Source of the DNA: Desulfobacterales bacterium
GTDB lineage: Bacteria > Desulfobacterota > Desulfobacteria > Desulfobacterales > UBA5616
Reading direction: 5' to 3'
Assembly (NCBI GenBank): GCA_046483495.1
Contig: JAWODC010000036.1
Span: 32,001 to 96,000, forward strand
DNA: 64,000 bases
Position numbers and translations under genes: made by a program. The notes under the pieces were generated by a model. That model saw only the letters and a program-made list of their open reading frames with translations, was not told the origin of the DNA and did no database searches. This document shows, piece after piece, positions 11,176 to 21,816 of this stretch. Each line of letters opens with the position of its first letter. Within the stretch, counting starts at the first letter, position 1.

Positions 11176-12468
11176 TTACCAAAGCGCATCCATGCCGATG
11201 TGCTTCTCCTCTTGTAGTTCGGCGTACTCCTGGTCGGTCACACCGATCAGGTCTTTATACACGTATTCGTTGTGCTCCCCGAGCCGGCAGGGAGGCTTAC
11301 GGATGCTTAACGGCGTTTTGGACATCCGGCAGAACTCACCGGGATGGCTGTGGGTGCCGACCTCTTCCTGGGTAACCTCCTGAAACCATTTTCGATCATT
11401 CACATGGGGGTCCTGGTGCACGTCTCTTTCATCCATAAGGGGTCCGGCAGGGACGCCCTCCTGCTGAAGCCGGTGCATCAACTCGTAATTGTCCAGGCCG
11501 AGTGTCCATGACGCCACATGGGCATCGAGTTCATCCTGGTGCTGCAACCGTGACAGGTCGTCGGAAAATTTTTCCGACAGGGCCCAATCGGGATCTCCCA
11601 TCACCCGGCACAACCCCCTCCACTGGTCGTCATTGAAGACGGATATGGCGATCCAGCGATTTTCACCTTTACAGCGGTAAACTCCATGGGGCGCCGCGGA
11701 CGGGTGACGGTTGCCGATAGTTTTCTGGACTTCTTTGTTCATGGCGAAGCGCATGAGGGCATCCCCGGTGTGGTGGATCATGTTTTCGATTTGAGCGAAT
11801 TCGATAAATTGGCCTTCACCGGTTTTGTCCCGGTGATGAAGCGCCATAAGAACGGCAAATGCCATGGTCATTCCGCTCAGCGGGTCCATCCAGACCACCG
11901 AGGTGGTGGTTGTCGGGTCACTGTCCGGATATCCCCTGAGCCAATTGAAGCCTGACATCGCCTGGATTTGTGACCCGTAGCTGAGATAGTGGGCGTAGGG
12001 CCCTGACTCGCCGTATCCGGGGGCGGACAACATGATCAGGTCCGGCTTTATTTTTTTCAGCTCGGAATAGCCGATACCGAGTTTGTTCACCACCCCCGCC
12101 GAATTATTTTCGACAAACACATCGGCAACGGCGATCAGCCGCTTGAACATTTCGACTCCCCTGGATCTCGAAAGGTCCATGGTGCAGGACATTTTGTTGC
12201 GGGCCGTGGCGTTGAACACCGGGAACCTGTTCCACGGCCGCTCTCCCGGATCCCTGTTTGGATAACCCCCACCGATAGTGCCCTGAGCAGCCACGAATTC
12301 ACGGGTGGGCCTCGGCACAAATCCCCGCGTGATGGGGGCGTAGCGCTGAAGGGATTCCACCCGAATCACCTCGGCCCCGAGATCCGCCAGGACCTGCCCG
12401 GCATAGGGGCCGGCAAAAACGACGGTGATTTCAATAACCCGTATTCCTTCCAATGGTAATTTCGCCAT
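11176..12468 (-). CDS. Class III CoA-transferase (CaiB/BaiF family), probable catalytic subunit
   Basis: PLEGIRVIE..AGP..LADLGAEVIRVE; retains Asp in WMDPLSG. Confidence 0.9.
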   Translation of the reverse strand: MAKLPLEGIRVIEITVVFAGPYAGQVLADLGAEVIRVESLQRYAPITRGFVPRPTREFVAAQGTIGGGYPNRDPGERPWNRFPVFNATARNKMSCTMDLSRSRGVEMFKRLIAVADVFVENNSAGVVNKLGIGYSELKKIKPDLIMLSAPGYGESGPYAHYLSYGSQIQAMSGFNWLRGYPDSDPTTTTSVVWMDPLSGMTMAFAVLMALHHRDKTGEGQFIEFAQIENMIHHTGDALMRFAMNKEVQKTIGNRHPSAAPHGVYRCKGENRWIAISVFNDDQWRGLCRVMGDPDWALSEKFSDDLSRLQHQDELDAHVASWTLGLDNYELMHRLQQEGVPAGPLMDERDVHQDPHVNDRKWFQEVTQEEVGTHSHPGEFCRMSKTPLSIRKPPCRLGEHNEYVYKDLIGVTDQEYAELQEEKHIGMDALW

Positions 12469-12491
12469 ATCGAGTCCTTTTGTTCTTTTGC

Positions 12492-13688
12492 TCAGATGGT
12501 TCCGGCCGCGGCAAGCCGAAGAAGATCCTTACGGTTATATCCAATGGCGCCGTAAATCTCCTCGTTGTGCTGTCCGAGAAGGGGGGCCGTCGTTTTCAAT
12601 TTCCAGGGCGTTTTCTCGGGACGGAACGGCGGGCCGGGGTATTTCAGTCTTCCCGCCGCCGGGTGGTCCCCCTCCACGAAGAAGTTTCGCTCGTTAAAGT
12701 GAGAATCTTCCATGACATCCCGGGCTGTGTTCACCTTCACGACAAATACTCCCTGTTTCTGGGCGGTTTCCATTGCCTCCTGTTTTGTGCGCTCCAGAAA
12801 CCAGGGAAGATACGTCGCCTCGAATTCACCCTGCCTCTCCATGTCGAAAATATTCGGAAACCGCTCCATCAGATCGGGCTGACCCAGCATTTCGGCAAAT
12901 GCAGGCCAATAGGTGGGTGTGACACCAACCTCGACATACCCGTCACAGGTCCACACGGCGCGAAACGGGAGAATGCCGAATGCCGGCTCGCCTTCACGGC
13001 CCGCCACCTCTCCGGTGTAGGAATGCGCCAACAATTGAATGATGCGGCGGTCGATGCTGTTTAAATTCACCTCCATAATATTGACGTCGATGTGCTGTCC
13101 CACGCCCTGCCGGCGGCCGGCAAATACCCCGGCCATGGCCGCAGTCGCCGCTGCATTGCCGGTCTGGTACTGCATGGCGTAGGGGGCGAGTTTCTGGGGT
13201 TCTCTGTCAGGAAGACCGCAGATAAGGAGACTGTGCGCCATGCCCTCCATGATGAGATCCGAAGCCCGGAAATCGCGGTATGGCCCGCTCTGGCCGAAAT
13301 TGGATATTGACACCATTACTAAAGCCGGATTGACCTTTTCCAGCGTTTCGTAGTCCAGTCCAAGGCCCGGCATGACCTTGGGGCTGAAGCTTTCCACCAG
13401 CACATCCACCTTCTTCACCAGTTCCAGAAAAATTTTCCTCCCCCGAAAGCTCTTCAAATCCAGGGTTATGCTTTTTTTATTTGTGTTGAGGTTCAGAAAC
13501 ATGCCGCTTTTTTCCGGATCGAAAACATCGTTGGGGAACGGCCCCATTCTCCGGGCGGGGTCCCCATCACCGGGTTTTTCAATTTTTATCACTTCGGCAC
13601 CGAAATCGGCGAGCAGCTTTGTGCAATACGGCCCGGCGATATGCCAGGTCAGATCCAACACGCGAATGTCGTCTAATGCCTGTTTCAT
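12492..13688 (-). CDS. Class III CoA-transferase, probable non-catalytic subunit
   Basis: VLDLTWHIAGPYCTKLLADFGAEVIKIE and NTNKKSITLDL; AMQYQTG at the usual catalytic Asp position. Confidence 0.88.
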   Translation of the reverse strand: MKQALDDIRVLDLTWHIAGPYCTKLLADFGAEVIKIEKPGDGDPARRMGPFPNDVFDPEKSGMFLNLNTNKKSITLDLKSFRGRKIFLELVKKVDVLVESFSPKVMPGLGLDYETLEKVNPALVMVSISNFGQSGPYRDFRASDLIMEGMAHSLLICGLPDREPQKLAPYAMQYQTGNAAATAAMAGVFAGRRQGVGQHIDVNIMEVNLNSIDRRIIQLLAHSYTGEVAGREGEPAFGILPFRAVWTCDGYVEVGVTPTYWPAFAEMLGQPDLMERFPNIFDMERQGEFEATYLPWFLERTKQEAMETAQKQGVFVVKVNTARDVMEDSHFNERNFFVEGDHPAAGRLKYPGPPFRPEKTPWKLKTTAPLLGQHNEEIYGAIGYNRKDLLRLAAAGTI

Positions 13689-14167
13689 GTTTCTCCTTTG
13701 CCGGGGCGGTCAGGTGACGTCGCTGTAAACGTTTTTCTGAAAACCCCTCATCCGGTCATAAATTCCGTCGAAGAGGGATGCCAGGTTCCAGTATTTTCCC
13801 ACTTTTCCATGATAGCCTCCCTTCTTTGAAATTCATGAAAAAATGGTGGATCGGTAGATTAGGGGCACCACATCCAAGAGGGTTTCACCAAAGGCCCGGG
13901 CAGATATGGCAAATTTAAATTATCAAAAAGTCCCGCCAAATGCCACGTAAAAATAGACTTTTATTCTGAATTAATTTCGCTTATTTTTTGGATTTCCCCC
14001 GCGACAGGCTATAAATACGCCTTTTATTGACATTCATATCGGGATGTGTTTGGAATGAAACTGACTGCCGGCCTAAACCGCCTCGGTCCCAAGTAGACTT
14101 GCTTGCCGACTTCGGGAGACTAAACGCAACCCCGAAACAAACGAATTCCACATAAAGGAACCCAGAA

Positions 14168-15007
14168 ATGCAGCCTGAAGATTTTAAAGAAATCCTCTAT
14201 CAAAAAGACGATGCCGGCATCGTGACGCTTACCCTGAACACCCCCTGGCGAAAAAACGCCATCAGCGGTGTTACCGGCGTGGAACTGTGGTGGGCCGCAC
14301 ACCTGTTTCAAAAAGATGACACGGCACATGCGATGATTTTGACCGGCGCCAAAGATCCGGGCAGCACCGATCCGGCCGGGGAGGCCTTTTCCAGCGGCGG
14401 ATACTTCACGCCGAATGCGGCCGATATTGATCCGGAAATCCTGGATCAGATCGATCCAAAGGACATTGCCGCCAAACGCCTGACTGAAAAAATGTGGTAT
14501 ATCGACAAGCCCGTGGTCGCCGCCATCAACGGCCTTGCGATCGGGATGGGGTTCACTCTTCCCCTCTCCTGCGCAGACCTGATATATATGTCCGAACATG
14601 CCTGGATTCGGTTGCCTTTTGTTCGGCTGGGGATATTGCCGGAGCTGGCATCCACCTTTCTTCTGCCGCGGCTGGTGGGCATGCAGCGCGCCAAAGAAAT
14701 CATGCTTTTCGGAGAAGACATACCCGCCCAAAAAGCCTATGAAAACGGACTCGTAAACAAGGTGCTCCCCCATGACGAACTGTTGCCTTACGCAAGAGAA
14801 ACGGTATTGAAATTGATTCCCCCGGGCGGTCCGGCAATGGCGGTTAAGCTGACCAAACGGGCGCTGCACCGGCAGCTTTGCAGTGAGATCACCCGGGCGC
14901 TGGATGAGGAAAACATCGGGTTGAACGTCGCGTTCAAAAGCGAGGACTTTGCCGAAGGAGTAAAGGCACGAATCGAAAAGCGGACCCCGGTGTATAAAGG
15001 GCGATAG
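14168..15007 (+). CDS. Enoyl-CoA hydratase/isomerase (crotonase superfamily)
   Basis: KPVVAAINGLAIGMG, PFVRLGILPE and EDFAEGVKARIEKR motifs. Confidence 0.9.
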   Translation: MQPEDFKEILYQKDDAGIVTLTLNTPWRKNAISGVTGVELWWAAHLFQKDDTAHAMILTGAKDPGSTDPAGEAFSSGGYFTPNAADIDPEILDQIDPKDIAAKRLTEKMWYIDKPVVAAINGLAIGMGFTLPLSCADLIYMSEHAWIRLPFVRLGILPELASTFLLPRLVGMQRAKEIMLFGEDIPAQKAYENGLVNKVLPHDELLPYARETVLKLIPPGGPAMAVKLTKRALHRQLCSEITRALDEENIGLNVAFKSEDFAEGVKARIEKRTPVYKGR

Positions 15008-15010
15008 TCA

Positions 15011-15152
15011 GTGCCCACCCGGAAATGAGAAAATTCGATTCCGTTCAAGGCAGCCGGGAAATATTTACCGCAGGAATACATTGAGTATTTTGAGAATTAA
15101 AATTTTCCGGCCAACGAAGAATGGAGTGAATTAGACATTTCTGGATGTCTAG
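15011..15152 (+). repeat. ~142-bp palindromic dispersed repeat (MITE/ERIC-like), subfamily A
   Basis: Aligns end to end with the copies at 29965 and 49859; imperfect terminal inverted repeats; starts 3 bp after the crotonase stop codon. Confidence 0.88.
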
Positions 15153-15219
15153 TTAACCTCCGGTCGGTGCAGGTGTATGCGATTGAACAGCTACAGATGA
15201 GGTCAATTTCTTCCACCGG

Positions 15220-18045
15220 TCACCGGTCTCCGTTTGTTCTGGACCGGTTTACTGATTCAAGGCCTCGCAGGATAAACGGCAAAATTCCCCCATGACGGTA
15301 ATAGGTCATTTCAACCGGCACATCGATACGGGCGGTTACCGTGAATTCGATGGAGGTGCCGCCCGGCACTGCCGCCCGCACCAAGAGGTCTGCGCCGGGT
15401 TCGATCCCGTTTTCGATGCCGGTGATGTCGTAAATTTCCGTACCGTCAAGGCCAAGCGCTTCCTGATTTTCGCCCGGCTTGAACTGGAGCGGCAGAACCC
15501 CCATACAGACCAAATTGCTGCGGTGAATGCGTTCAAAACTTTCGGCGATTACGGCCCGGACACCCAACAAGGCAGTCCCCTTGGCCGCCCAATCCCGGGA
15601 ACTGCCCGTGCCGTAATCTTCTCCCGCAATGATCAGAAGAGGTGTACCCTCCTTTTTGTAAGCCATGGCGGCCTGGTAAATGGACATTTCTTCATTGGTC
15701 GGCAAATACCGGGTCCATCCTCCGGTTCTTTCAGGGACAAGCCGATTTTCCAATCGAATGTTGCCGAAGGTGCCCCGCATCATCACCTCGTGATTACCCC
15801 TTCGGGAGCCATAGGAGTTGAATTCTGAAATCGAAACGCCCTGGTTTCTTAAATATTTTCCGGCCGGTGAATCCGGCGGAATGGCCCCGGCCGGGGAAAT
15901 GTGGTCCGTTGTCACGGTATTGCCCAGCAGCACAAGAACCCGCGCGCCCTTGATATCCGTGAGCGGGGGTACGGTGAGGGTAACGGACTGAAAAAACGGC
16001 GGAGGTTTGATATAGGTGGAATTCTCATCCCACTGAAAAACGGCCCCTTTCGGCGTTTTTAACTCGTGCCAGAGTTCCGAACCGTCAAAAACGTCTGCAT
16101 AGACCTTTTCATACATTTCAGGTGTGATAAACCCGGCTGCCGCTTCTTTCACTTCTTTCACCGACGGCCAAATATCGCTCAAATACACCGGATTCCCCTC
16201 CGGGTCATGCCCGAGGTGCTCATTTTTCAGGTCATAGGCCACATTTCCGGCAAGTGCGTATGCCACCACAAGCGGGGGTGAAGCCAGGTAATTCAGCTGG
16301 GTAAGAGGAGAAATCCTGCCGGCGAAATTTCGGTTGCCCGACAGCACCGACGCCGCCATCAGATGGTTTTCCTGCACAGCCCGCGCAATGGGTTCGCTGA
16401 TTGCACCGCTGTTGCCGATGCATGTCGTGCAGCCGTATGCCACCGTGTGAAAACCCAGTGTTTCCAGATACGGCATCAGGCCCGAGGCTTTCAGGTAATC
16501 CGTCACCACCCGGGAGCCCGGGGCCATGCTGGTCTTTACCCAGGACTTGGTCCTCAAACCTTTTTCAACCGCCTTTTTGGCAAGCAGACCGGCCTGTATC
16601 ATGACCGCGGGATTGGAAGTATTGGTGCAACTCGTAATGGCGGCGATAATCACGGAACCATGAAACAATTTAAATTCCCTACCGTTTATCAGCCTGACCC
16701 TCACACCTCGTGAGGAATTGGATACCGTGCAATTCTCGAGTGCGGTATCGGCCGATTCGGCGATATGCCCGCCTTCATCCTCCCAGTGATGCTCTTGAGC
16801 GACCAGGTCCGCCGGATCACCTTGTCCGATTTCACAGGCATGCCTGGTTTCCTGCTCAAAAACCGATGGCAGCCGGTCAAGAGGGATCCGCTCCTGAGGG
16901 CGTCGGGGGCCGGCCAGACATGGGACAACGTCTCCCATGTCGAAATTCACGATATCGGTATAATCCGGATCCGGCGTGTTCCTATCCCTAAAAAGCCCCT
17001 GAGCTTTCAAGTAGCGTTCAATCAATTCGATGTGGTTTTCAGGCCTGCCGGTAACCCTCAGATAGGTCAGGGTTTTTTCGTCAACGGGAAAAAATCCTAC
17101 CGTGGCGCCATACTCCGGTGCCATGTTTGCAATGGTGGTGCGGTCCTCAAGAGGCAGATGATCCAGTCCGGGTCCGAAAAACTCGACGAACTTTCCCACC
17201 ACTCCTTTTTCACGCAGCAATTGGGTTATGGCAAGCACCAGGTCGGTCGATGTAGCACTGGATGGGAGTTCACCGATCAGATTGAATCCGATCACCTCCG
17301 GCGACATGAAATAATAGGGGCGCCCCAGCATCACGGCTTCGGCTTCGATGCCGCCCACGCCCCATCCCAAAACGCCGGCTCCGTTTATCATGGTGGTATG
17401 CGAATCCAACCCCACCAGCGTATCCGGAAACGCCAGAATTTCACCGCCGATGGATTTCGTGAATACCACCCGTGCCAAATATTCCAGGTTTACCTGATGA
17501 ACGATACCCGTATCCGGGGGAATCACCTTCAAATTTTTAAAACTGTTATGCCCCCATCTTAAAAATGTGTATCGTTCGGCATTTCGTTCAAATTCTTTTT
17601 TTACATTCAATTCCCTGGCTTGCGGTGTGCCGTATTCATCAACCTGAACCGAATGGTCGATGACCAACTCCGCCGGCACGTTAAGCCTCACCCTCATTGG
17701 ATCGCCGTAGAGGCGTCCGGCCGCGTCACGCATGGCGGCAATGTCGGCCACGGCAGGAACACCGGTAAAATCCTGCAGCAGTATTCGGGCCGGCATGAAC
17801 GGTATTTCAAACAACTCCTGCGAGCCGGGGCGCCATCGGGCAAGCCGGGCCACCTGGGATTCGGTTATCGTATCGCCGTCTTCGCTTCGAATCGCATTTT
17901 CCAATAAAATTTTGATAGAAAACGGCAACCGGTGAATGCCGTCAAAACCCGATTGGGAAAACGTGTCGAGATCATAATAAACAACGGACTGCGTCCGGGT
18001 GATTAACTTTTCCAGAACGCCGAACCGGTTTCTCAAACCCGCCAT
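15220..18045 (-). CDS. acnA: Aconitate hydratase A
   Basis: LLQDFTGVPA, DSHTTMING, AITSCTNTSNP, YGCTTCIGNSG and GSSRDWAAKG motifs; GGAGG RBS before ATG 18045. Confidence 0.97.
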   Translation of the reverse strand: MAGLRNRFGVLEKLITRTQSVVYYDLDTFSQSGFDGIHRLPFSIKILLENAIRSEDGDTITESQVARLARWRPGSQELFEIPFMPARILLQDFTGVPAVADIAAMRDAAGRLYGDPMRVRLNVPAELVIDHSVQVDEYGTPQARELNVKKEFERNAERYTFLRWGHNSFKNLKVIPPDTGIVHQVNLEYLARVVFTKSIGGEILAFPDTLVGLDSHTTMINGAGVLGWGVGGIEAEAVMLGRPYYFMSPEVIGFNLIGELPSSATSTDLVLAITQLLREKGVVGKFVEFFGPGLDHLPLEDRTTIANMAPEYGATVGFFPVDEKTLTYLRVTGRPENHIELIERYLKAQGLFRDRNTPDPDYTDIVNFDMGDVVPCLAGPRRPQERIPLDRLPSVFEQETRHACEIGQGDPADLVAQEHHWEDEGGHIAESADTALENCTVSNSSRGVRVRLINGREFKLFHGSVIIAAITSCTNTSNPAVMIQAGLLAKKAVEKGLRTKSWVKTSMAPGSRVVTDYLKASGLMPYLETLGFHTVAYGCTTCIGNSGAISEPIARAVQENHLMAASVLSGNRNFAGRISPLTQLNYLASPPLVVAYALAGNVAYDLKNEHLGHDPEGNPVYLSDIWPSVKEVKEAAAGFITPEMYEKVYADVFDGSELWHELKTPKGAVFQWDENSTYIKPPPFFQSVTLTVPPLTDIKGARVLVLLGNTVTTDHISPAGAIPPDSPAGKYLRNQGVSISEFNSYGSRRGNHEVMMRGTFGNIRLENRLVPERTGGWTRYLPTNEEMSIYQAAMAYKKEGTPLLIIAGEDYGTGSSRDWAAKGTALLGVRAVIAESFERIHRSNLVCMGVLPLQFKPGENQEALGLDGTEIYDITGIENGIEPGADLLVRAAVPGGTSIEFTVTARIDVPVEMTYYRHGGILPFILRGLESVNRSRTNGDR

Positions 18046-18327
18046 AAACGCCTCCTGCACGACGAGCGAAAGTTGACTGGTAAAAGAAAATTATCTTTTT
18101 CATTACTATTACTTACAATAAAAAACTTTACAAGGATTTACAATGCCAATTTTTTCGTCATGCAACCCTTCAGCCTCTGGCTTCGGGCTCGTTTTTATAA
18201 CCGGTGGGTACACCAAACCTCCGGCATACGAAATTTTTTCTTGAAATATGCATCCATAAATGAAAAATTCTATCTGTTGCCCCGGATATTCAATCAAACA
18301 CTTACATACGCGTGTATGGCTGTAAAC

Positions 18328-18591
18328 ATGACAAAAGACGATATGACCGATCAAAAAACAACAACACGACCCCGGACCGCCCTCGACCACATCTGGAATC
18401 CGACACCCACGGATGTGAACGTCGCCAGAATCGTTCTATGGATTTGCATTATTCTAACACTGGTTCTGCCGCAAGTGGTGGAGGATTTATCGAACAACCA
18501 GACATGGCATTTTATTTCCATCGGTTCCATTTTTCTGGCGTTTGCAATTCGAATAGTCATGCAGGTCAGGCTCTCATCGAGGCGTGACTGA
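18328..18591 (+). CDS. Small two-TM hypothetical membrane protein (start 18328 or 18343)
   Basis: Two hydrophobic helices (IVLWICIILTLVL; FISIGSIFLAFAIRIV); the upstream part of the ORF-track call looks like promoter DNA. Confidence 0.55.
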   Translation: MTKDDMTDQKTTTRPRTALDHIWNPTPTDVNVARIVLWICIILTLVLPQVVEDLSNNQTWHFISIGSIFLAFAIRIVMQVRLSSRRD

Positions 18592-18800
18592 ATGTCAAAT
18601 GTTGCGCTCTTGCCCTGCGCTTCGCTCAGAGGCCTTTTCGCAGTTTTGAGCCGCGGGGAACCGTTCGGTCGTATACCTTTTTTTCTCATAAGAATTTCAT
18701 CGCTTTTTTTTCATTGAAATCACAATCGGGATTGTTTCGATCAGCGGGTGCCAAGCAGTCGGAACGCCTCAATGCGTCGAGCAAATCGGTGCTAATTGTT

Positions 18801-18829
18801 TTGTCATTTTCTTTGGAATCTGGTATGTT
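18801..18829 (+). promoter_or_regulatory. Candidate sigma70 promoter for the acyl-CoA ligase/dehydratase cluster
   Basis: TTGTCA-N17-TATGTT with an extended -10 TG, in AT-rich intergenic DNA. Confidence 0.4.
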
Positions 18830-18964
18830 TTTAATTTTATGAGTGATGTTTTCAATGGATGCCGTTCACAAAATGGGTTCTATGCAGTCCATTCGCCGTG
18901 CCGATACACATCTTCCGGGCAAGCCCGATAAGTACCATCAATGAAATAGGAGCTCGAAACAGAT

Positions 18965-20590
18965 ATGACGCACAACATGACCGAATACGATCAGACCTAC
19001 GCCCGGTTTACATTGGAGGTCCCGGAATATTACAACTTCGCCGCCGACGTCATCGAACGATGGGCGCTCGATCCCGATAAAACGGCCATGCTGTGGTTGG
19101 ATGATGAGGGCCGTGAGGTTCGAAAAACGTTTGACGACATCTCCAGGGCATCCAAACGGCTGGCCAATGCACTGAAAAAGCGAGGCGTCAAAAAAAAAGA
19201 CGTGGTCATGCTTATTCTGCCGAGGAATATCGAATGGTGGGAGGCCCTTACCGCCTGCATTCGCATGGGCGCCATAGCCGCACCCGGCACTACTCAGCTA
19301 TCGCCGAAAGATCTGGAATACCGTGCCAATGCGGCCAATGCGGCCTGCATCATAACCAACCACGAAATCGGGGCGAAATTCGAAACGGTTGCTGACCGCT
19401 GTCCATCCGTTAAAAACAAAATCATCATATCGGAACCCAGGGACAAGTGGCTCTTCTACGACGACGAGAAAGCCGCGGCCTCGGATGAATTCAAGCCGGT
19501 AAAGACCAAAAGCCAAGATCCCTGTCTCGTTTATTTTACCTCCGGAACCGTCGGAAACCCCAAAATGGCCCTGCATACCCATGCCTCATATCCTATCGGA
19601 CACCAGGTCACCGGCAGGTTTTGGCTGGATTTGACACCTGACGATTTGCACTGGAATCTTACCGATACAGGATGGGCAAAGGCCGCGTGGAGCAGTTATT
19701 TCGGTCCGTGGTCCTGTGGTGCCGCCATATTTGTTCACCATTCCGAACGGTTCGATCCCACCCGGACATTGCAGCTGCTGGAAAAGTACCCCATCACCAC
19801 ATTGTGCGGATCACCGACTCTCTACCGAATGCTGGTTTTGAAGGAAGTCCACACTTTCCAATTTTCCGCACTTCGTCATTGCGTCGGTGCAGGCGAACCG
19901 CTGAACCCCGAAATTATAGAGGTGTGGAAGGCGGACACCGGCCTCACCATCAGGGATGGGTACGGCCAAACCGAAACAACGCTGTTAGTGGCAAATTTCC
20001 CCTGCATCGAACCCCGTTTCGGTTCTATGGGAAAACCGTCTCCCGGCTTCGAGGTCCGTGTTGTCGATGATGAAGGGAACATATTGCCGTCGAATACAGA
20101 GGGAAATATCGCCATCCGGGTCAAGCCCCATCGCCCGGTGGGTCTTTTCAAGGAATACTGGGGGGAACCGGATCGAACCGCATCTGTCTTTCTTGGAGAC
20201 TGGTATCTCACGGGAGACCGGGCGCGCGTGGATGAAGACGGGTATTTTTGGTTTATCGGCCGGTCCGATGACGTGATTTTGTCGTCGGGGTACCGCATCG
20301 GCCCTTTTGAAGTCGAAAGTGCGCTGATCCGGCACCCGGCCGTTGCCGAATCCGCCGTGGTTTCGAGCCCGGATGCAATCCGCGGAGAAGTTGTCAAGGC
20401 GTTTGTGGTCCTGACCCCCGAGTATAAGCCAAGCGACGATCTGATAAAAGAGCTTCAGGAACACGTAAAAAAAGAAACCGCACCCTACAAACATCCCCGG
20501 AAAATCGAGTTCGTCGATTCCCTCCCAAAAACGGTGTCCGGCAAAATCAGGCGCTTCACCCTCAGAAACAGGGAATGGAGCAGAATGTGA
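18965..20590 (+). CDS. Medium-chain acyl-CoA synthetase (ACSM-like)
   Basis: YFTSGTVGNPK, DTGWAKAAW, GYGQTET, SSGYRIGPFEVE and LPKTVSGKI motifs. Confidence 0.93.
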   Translation: MTHNMTEYDQTYARFTLEVPEYYNFAADVIERWALDPDKTAMLWLDDEGREVRKTFDDISRASKRLANALKKRGVKKKDVVMLILPRNIEWWEALTACIRMGAIAAPGTTQLSPKDLEYRANAANAACIITNHEIGAKFETVADRCPSVKNKIIISEPRDKWLFYDDEKAAASDEFKPVKTKSQDPCLVYFTSGTVGNPKMALHTHASYPIGHQVTGRFWLDLTPDDLHWNLTDTGWAKAAWSSYFGPWSCGAAIFVHHSERFDPTRTLQLLEKYPITTLCGSPTLYRMLVLKEVHTFQFSALRHCVGAGEPLNPEIIEVWKADTGLTIRDGYGQTETTLLVANFPCIEPRFGSMGKPSPGFEVRVVDDEGNILPSNTEGNIAIRVKPHRPVGLFKEYWGEPDRTASVFLGDWYLTGDRARVDEDGYFWFIGRSDDVILSSGYRIGPFEVESALIRHPAVAESAVVSSPDAIRGEVVKAFVVLTPEYKPSDDLIKELQEHVKKETAPYKHPRKIEFVDSLPKTVSGKIRRFTLRNREWSRM

Positions 20591-20681
20591 ATCGAAGGGC
20601 CGGAAAACCAAAACAAGCTGCATAAGAAGATGCGGCGTTTTTCGTTTTCCGGGTGAGGTCGGCCGGTTTTTTCTCAAACGG

Positions 20682-21815
20682 TTGGATAATAGGAATAATA
20701 TACCATTGGTTTCCATCGAATCATTCGTCACAGCAGCTGAATGTCAGAAAAAGCGTTTTGCAGAACCGCCTTCAGACGGGAAAAGATACATCGGCTATTT
20801 CTGCACCTATACGCCCGTGGAACTTATCCATGCTGCCGGCTTTGTTCCCGTTCGCCTGATCGGCGAAACCGCGAGAATATTTCGGGCGGATGCTCTGACG
20901 CCAAGCTTCATCTGCCCTTTTTTGAGGCGCCTTACGGAAGACGCATACCATGGCAATTACCGTTTCCTCAGCGGCGTGATCCAGGGGTATACCTGCGATG
21001 CAGCCTGCGGCATGATCAATGTTTGGGCGGAAAACATCGGCGGCGAAATATTTCACAGCCTCCCGATCCCCTACACCGATTCTTCCGAAGCCGGAAATTT
21101 TTTCAGGTCGGCCCTTTTGGAATTAACCGAAAAGCTGAATCGGGCCGGGGGAACTTACACGGAAGAATCTCTGGCGCATTCAATGGTGCTTTACGGGAAA
21201 ATTCGACAGCTGTTGTTGAATTGTTACAGCATGAGATATGAAGGCCGGCTGCCGCTGAGTGCCGGAGAATTTCTCACCGTTATTCGGGCCGGATTTGCCA
21301 TGGCTCCCGAAGATTACCTGGTCGATTTGGAGAGGCTCACGGCAGAATGCAAAACAGCCGATCATCTTCCGAAAAGCGGCATTCCCGTCCTGGTATCCGG
21401 AAGTGTGATCGAGACGCCCCAAGTGCTCGAACTGCTCGAAACATCCGGTGGCCGCGTCGTAGCCGATGATCTCTGCACGGGTTTTCGCCATGCATATCCG
21501 GCAAACGGTGAAGGCAAAAGGCCGTTGGACCGACTGATAAACCGCCATATGAATCGTCTTCCATGCCCTTCACGAGTGAGGGCGATAGAAAGAGCGCCCC
21601 GGCTGCTCGACCGGATTCGACAATCCGGTGCAAAAGGGGTGGTGTTTATGTTGCAGAAATTCTGTACTCCCCATCTGGCGGATCTGCCCATCCTTACCGA
21701 CGAACTGAAAAAAGCCGGGCTGCCGGCCCTCATCTTCGAAATGGATGAAACCGGCTCGATGGAGGGACAGCTGCGAACCCGCCTCGAAAGTTTTTTCGAA
21801 ATGATTGAGGAGTGA
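20682..21815 (+). CDS. 2-hydroxyacyl-CoA dehydratase family subunit (HgdB/FldC/BcrC-like)
   Basis: IGYFCTYTPVELIHAAG, SFICP, TCD, DDLCTG, KFCTPH and QLRTRLESF motifs; TTG start uncertain. Confidence 0.88.
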   Translation: MDNRNNIPLVSIESFVTAAECQKKRFAEPPSDGKRYIGYFCTYTPVELIHAAGFVPVRLIGETARIFRADALTPSFICPFLRRLTEDAYHGNYRFLSGVIQGYTCDAACGMINVWAENIGGEIFHSLPIPYTDSSEAGNFFRSALLELTEKLNRAGGTYTEESLAHSMVLYGKIRQLLLNCYSMRYEGRLPLSAGEFLTVIRAGFAMAPEDYLVDLERLTAECKTADHLPKSGIPVLVSGSVIETPQVLELLETSGGRVVADDLCTGFRHAYPANGEGKRPLDRLINRHMNRLPCPSRVRAIERAPRLLDRIRQSGAKGVVFMLQKFCTPHLADLPILTDELKKAGLPALIFEMDETGSMEGQLRTRLESFFEMIEE

Positions 21816-21816
21816 C

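Noticed and set aside
18605..18635. REP-like motif ccctgcgcttcgctcagagg
   Set aside because: Single weak occurrence in the window.
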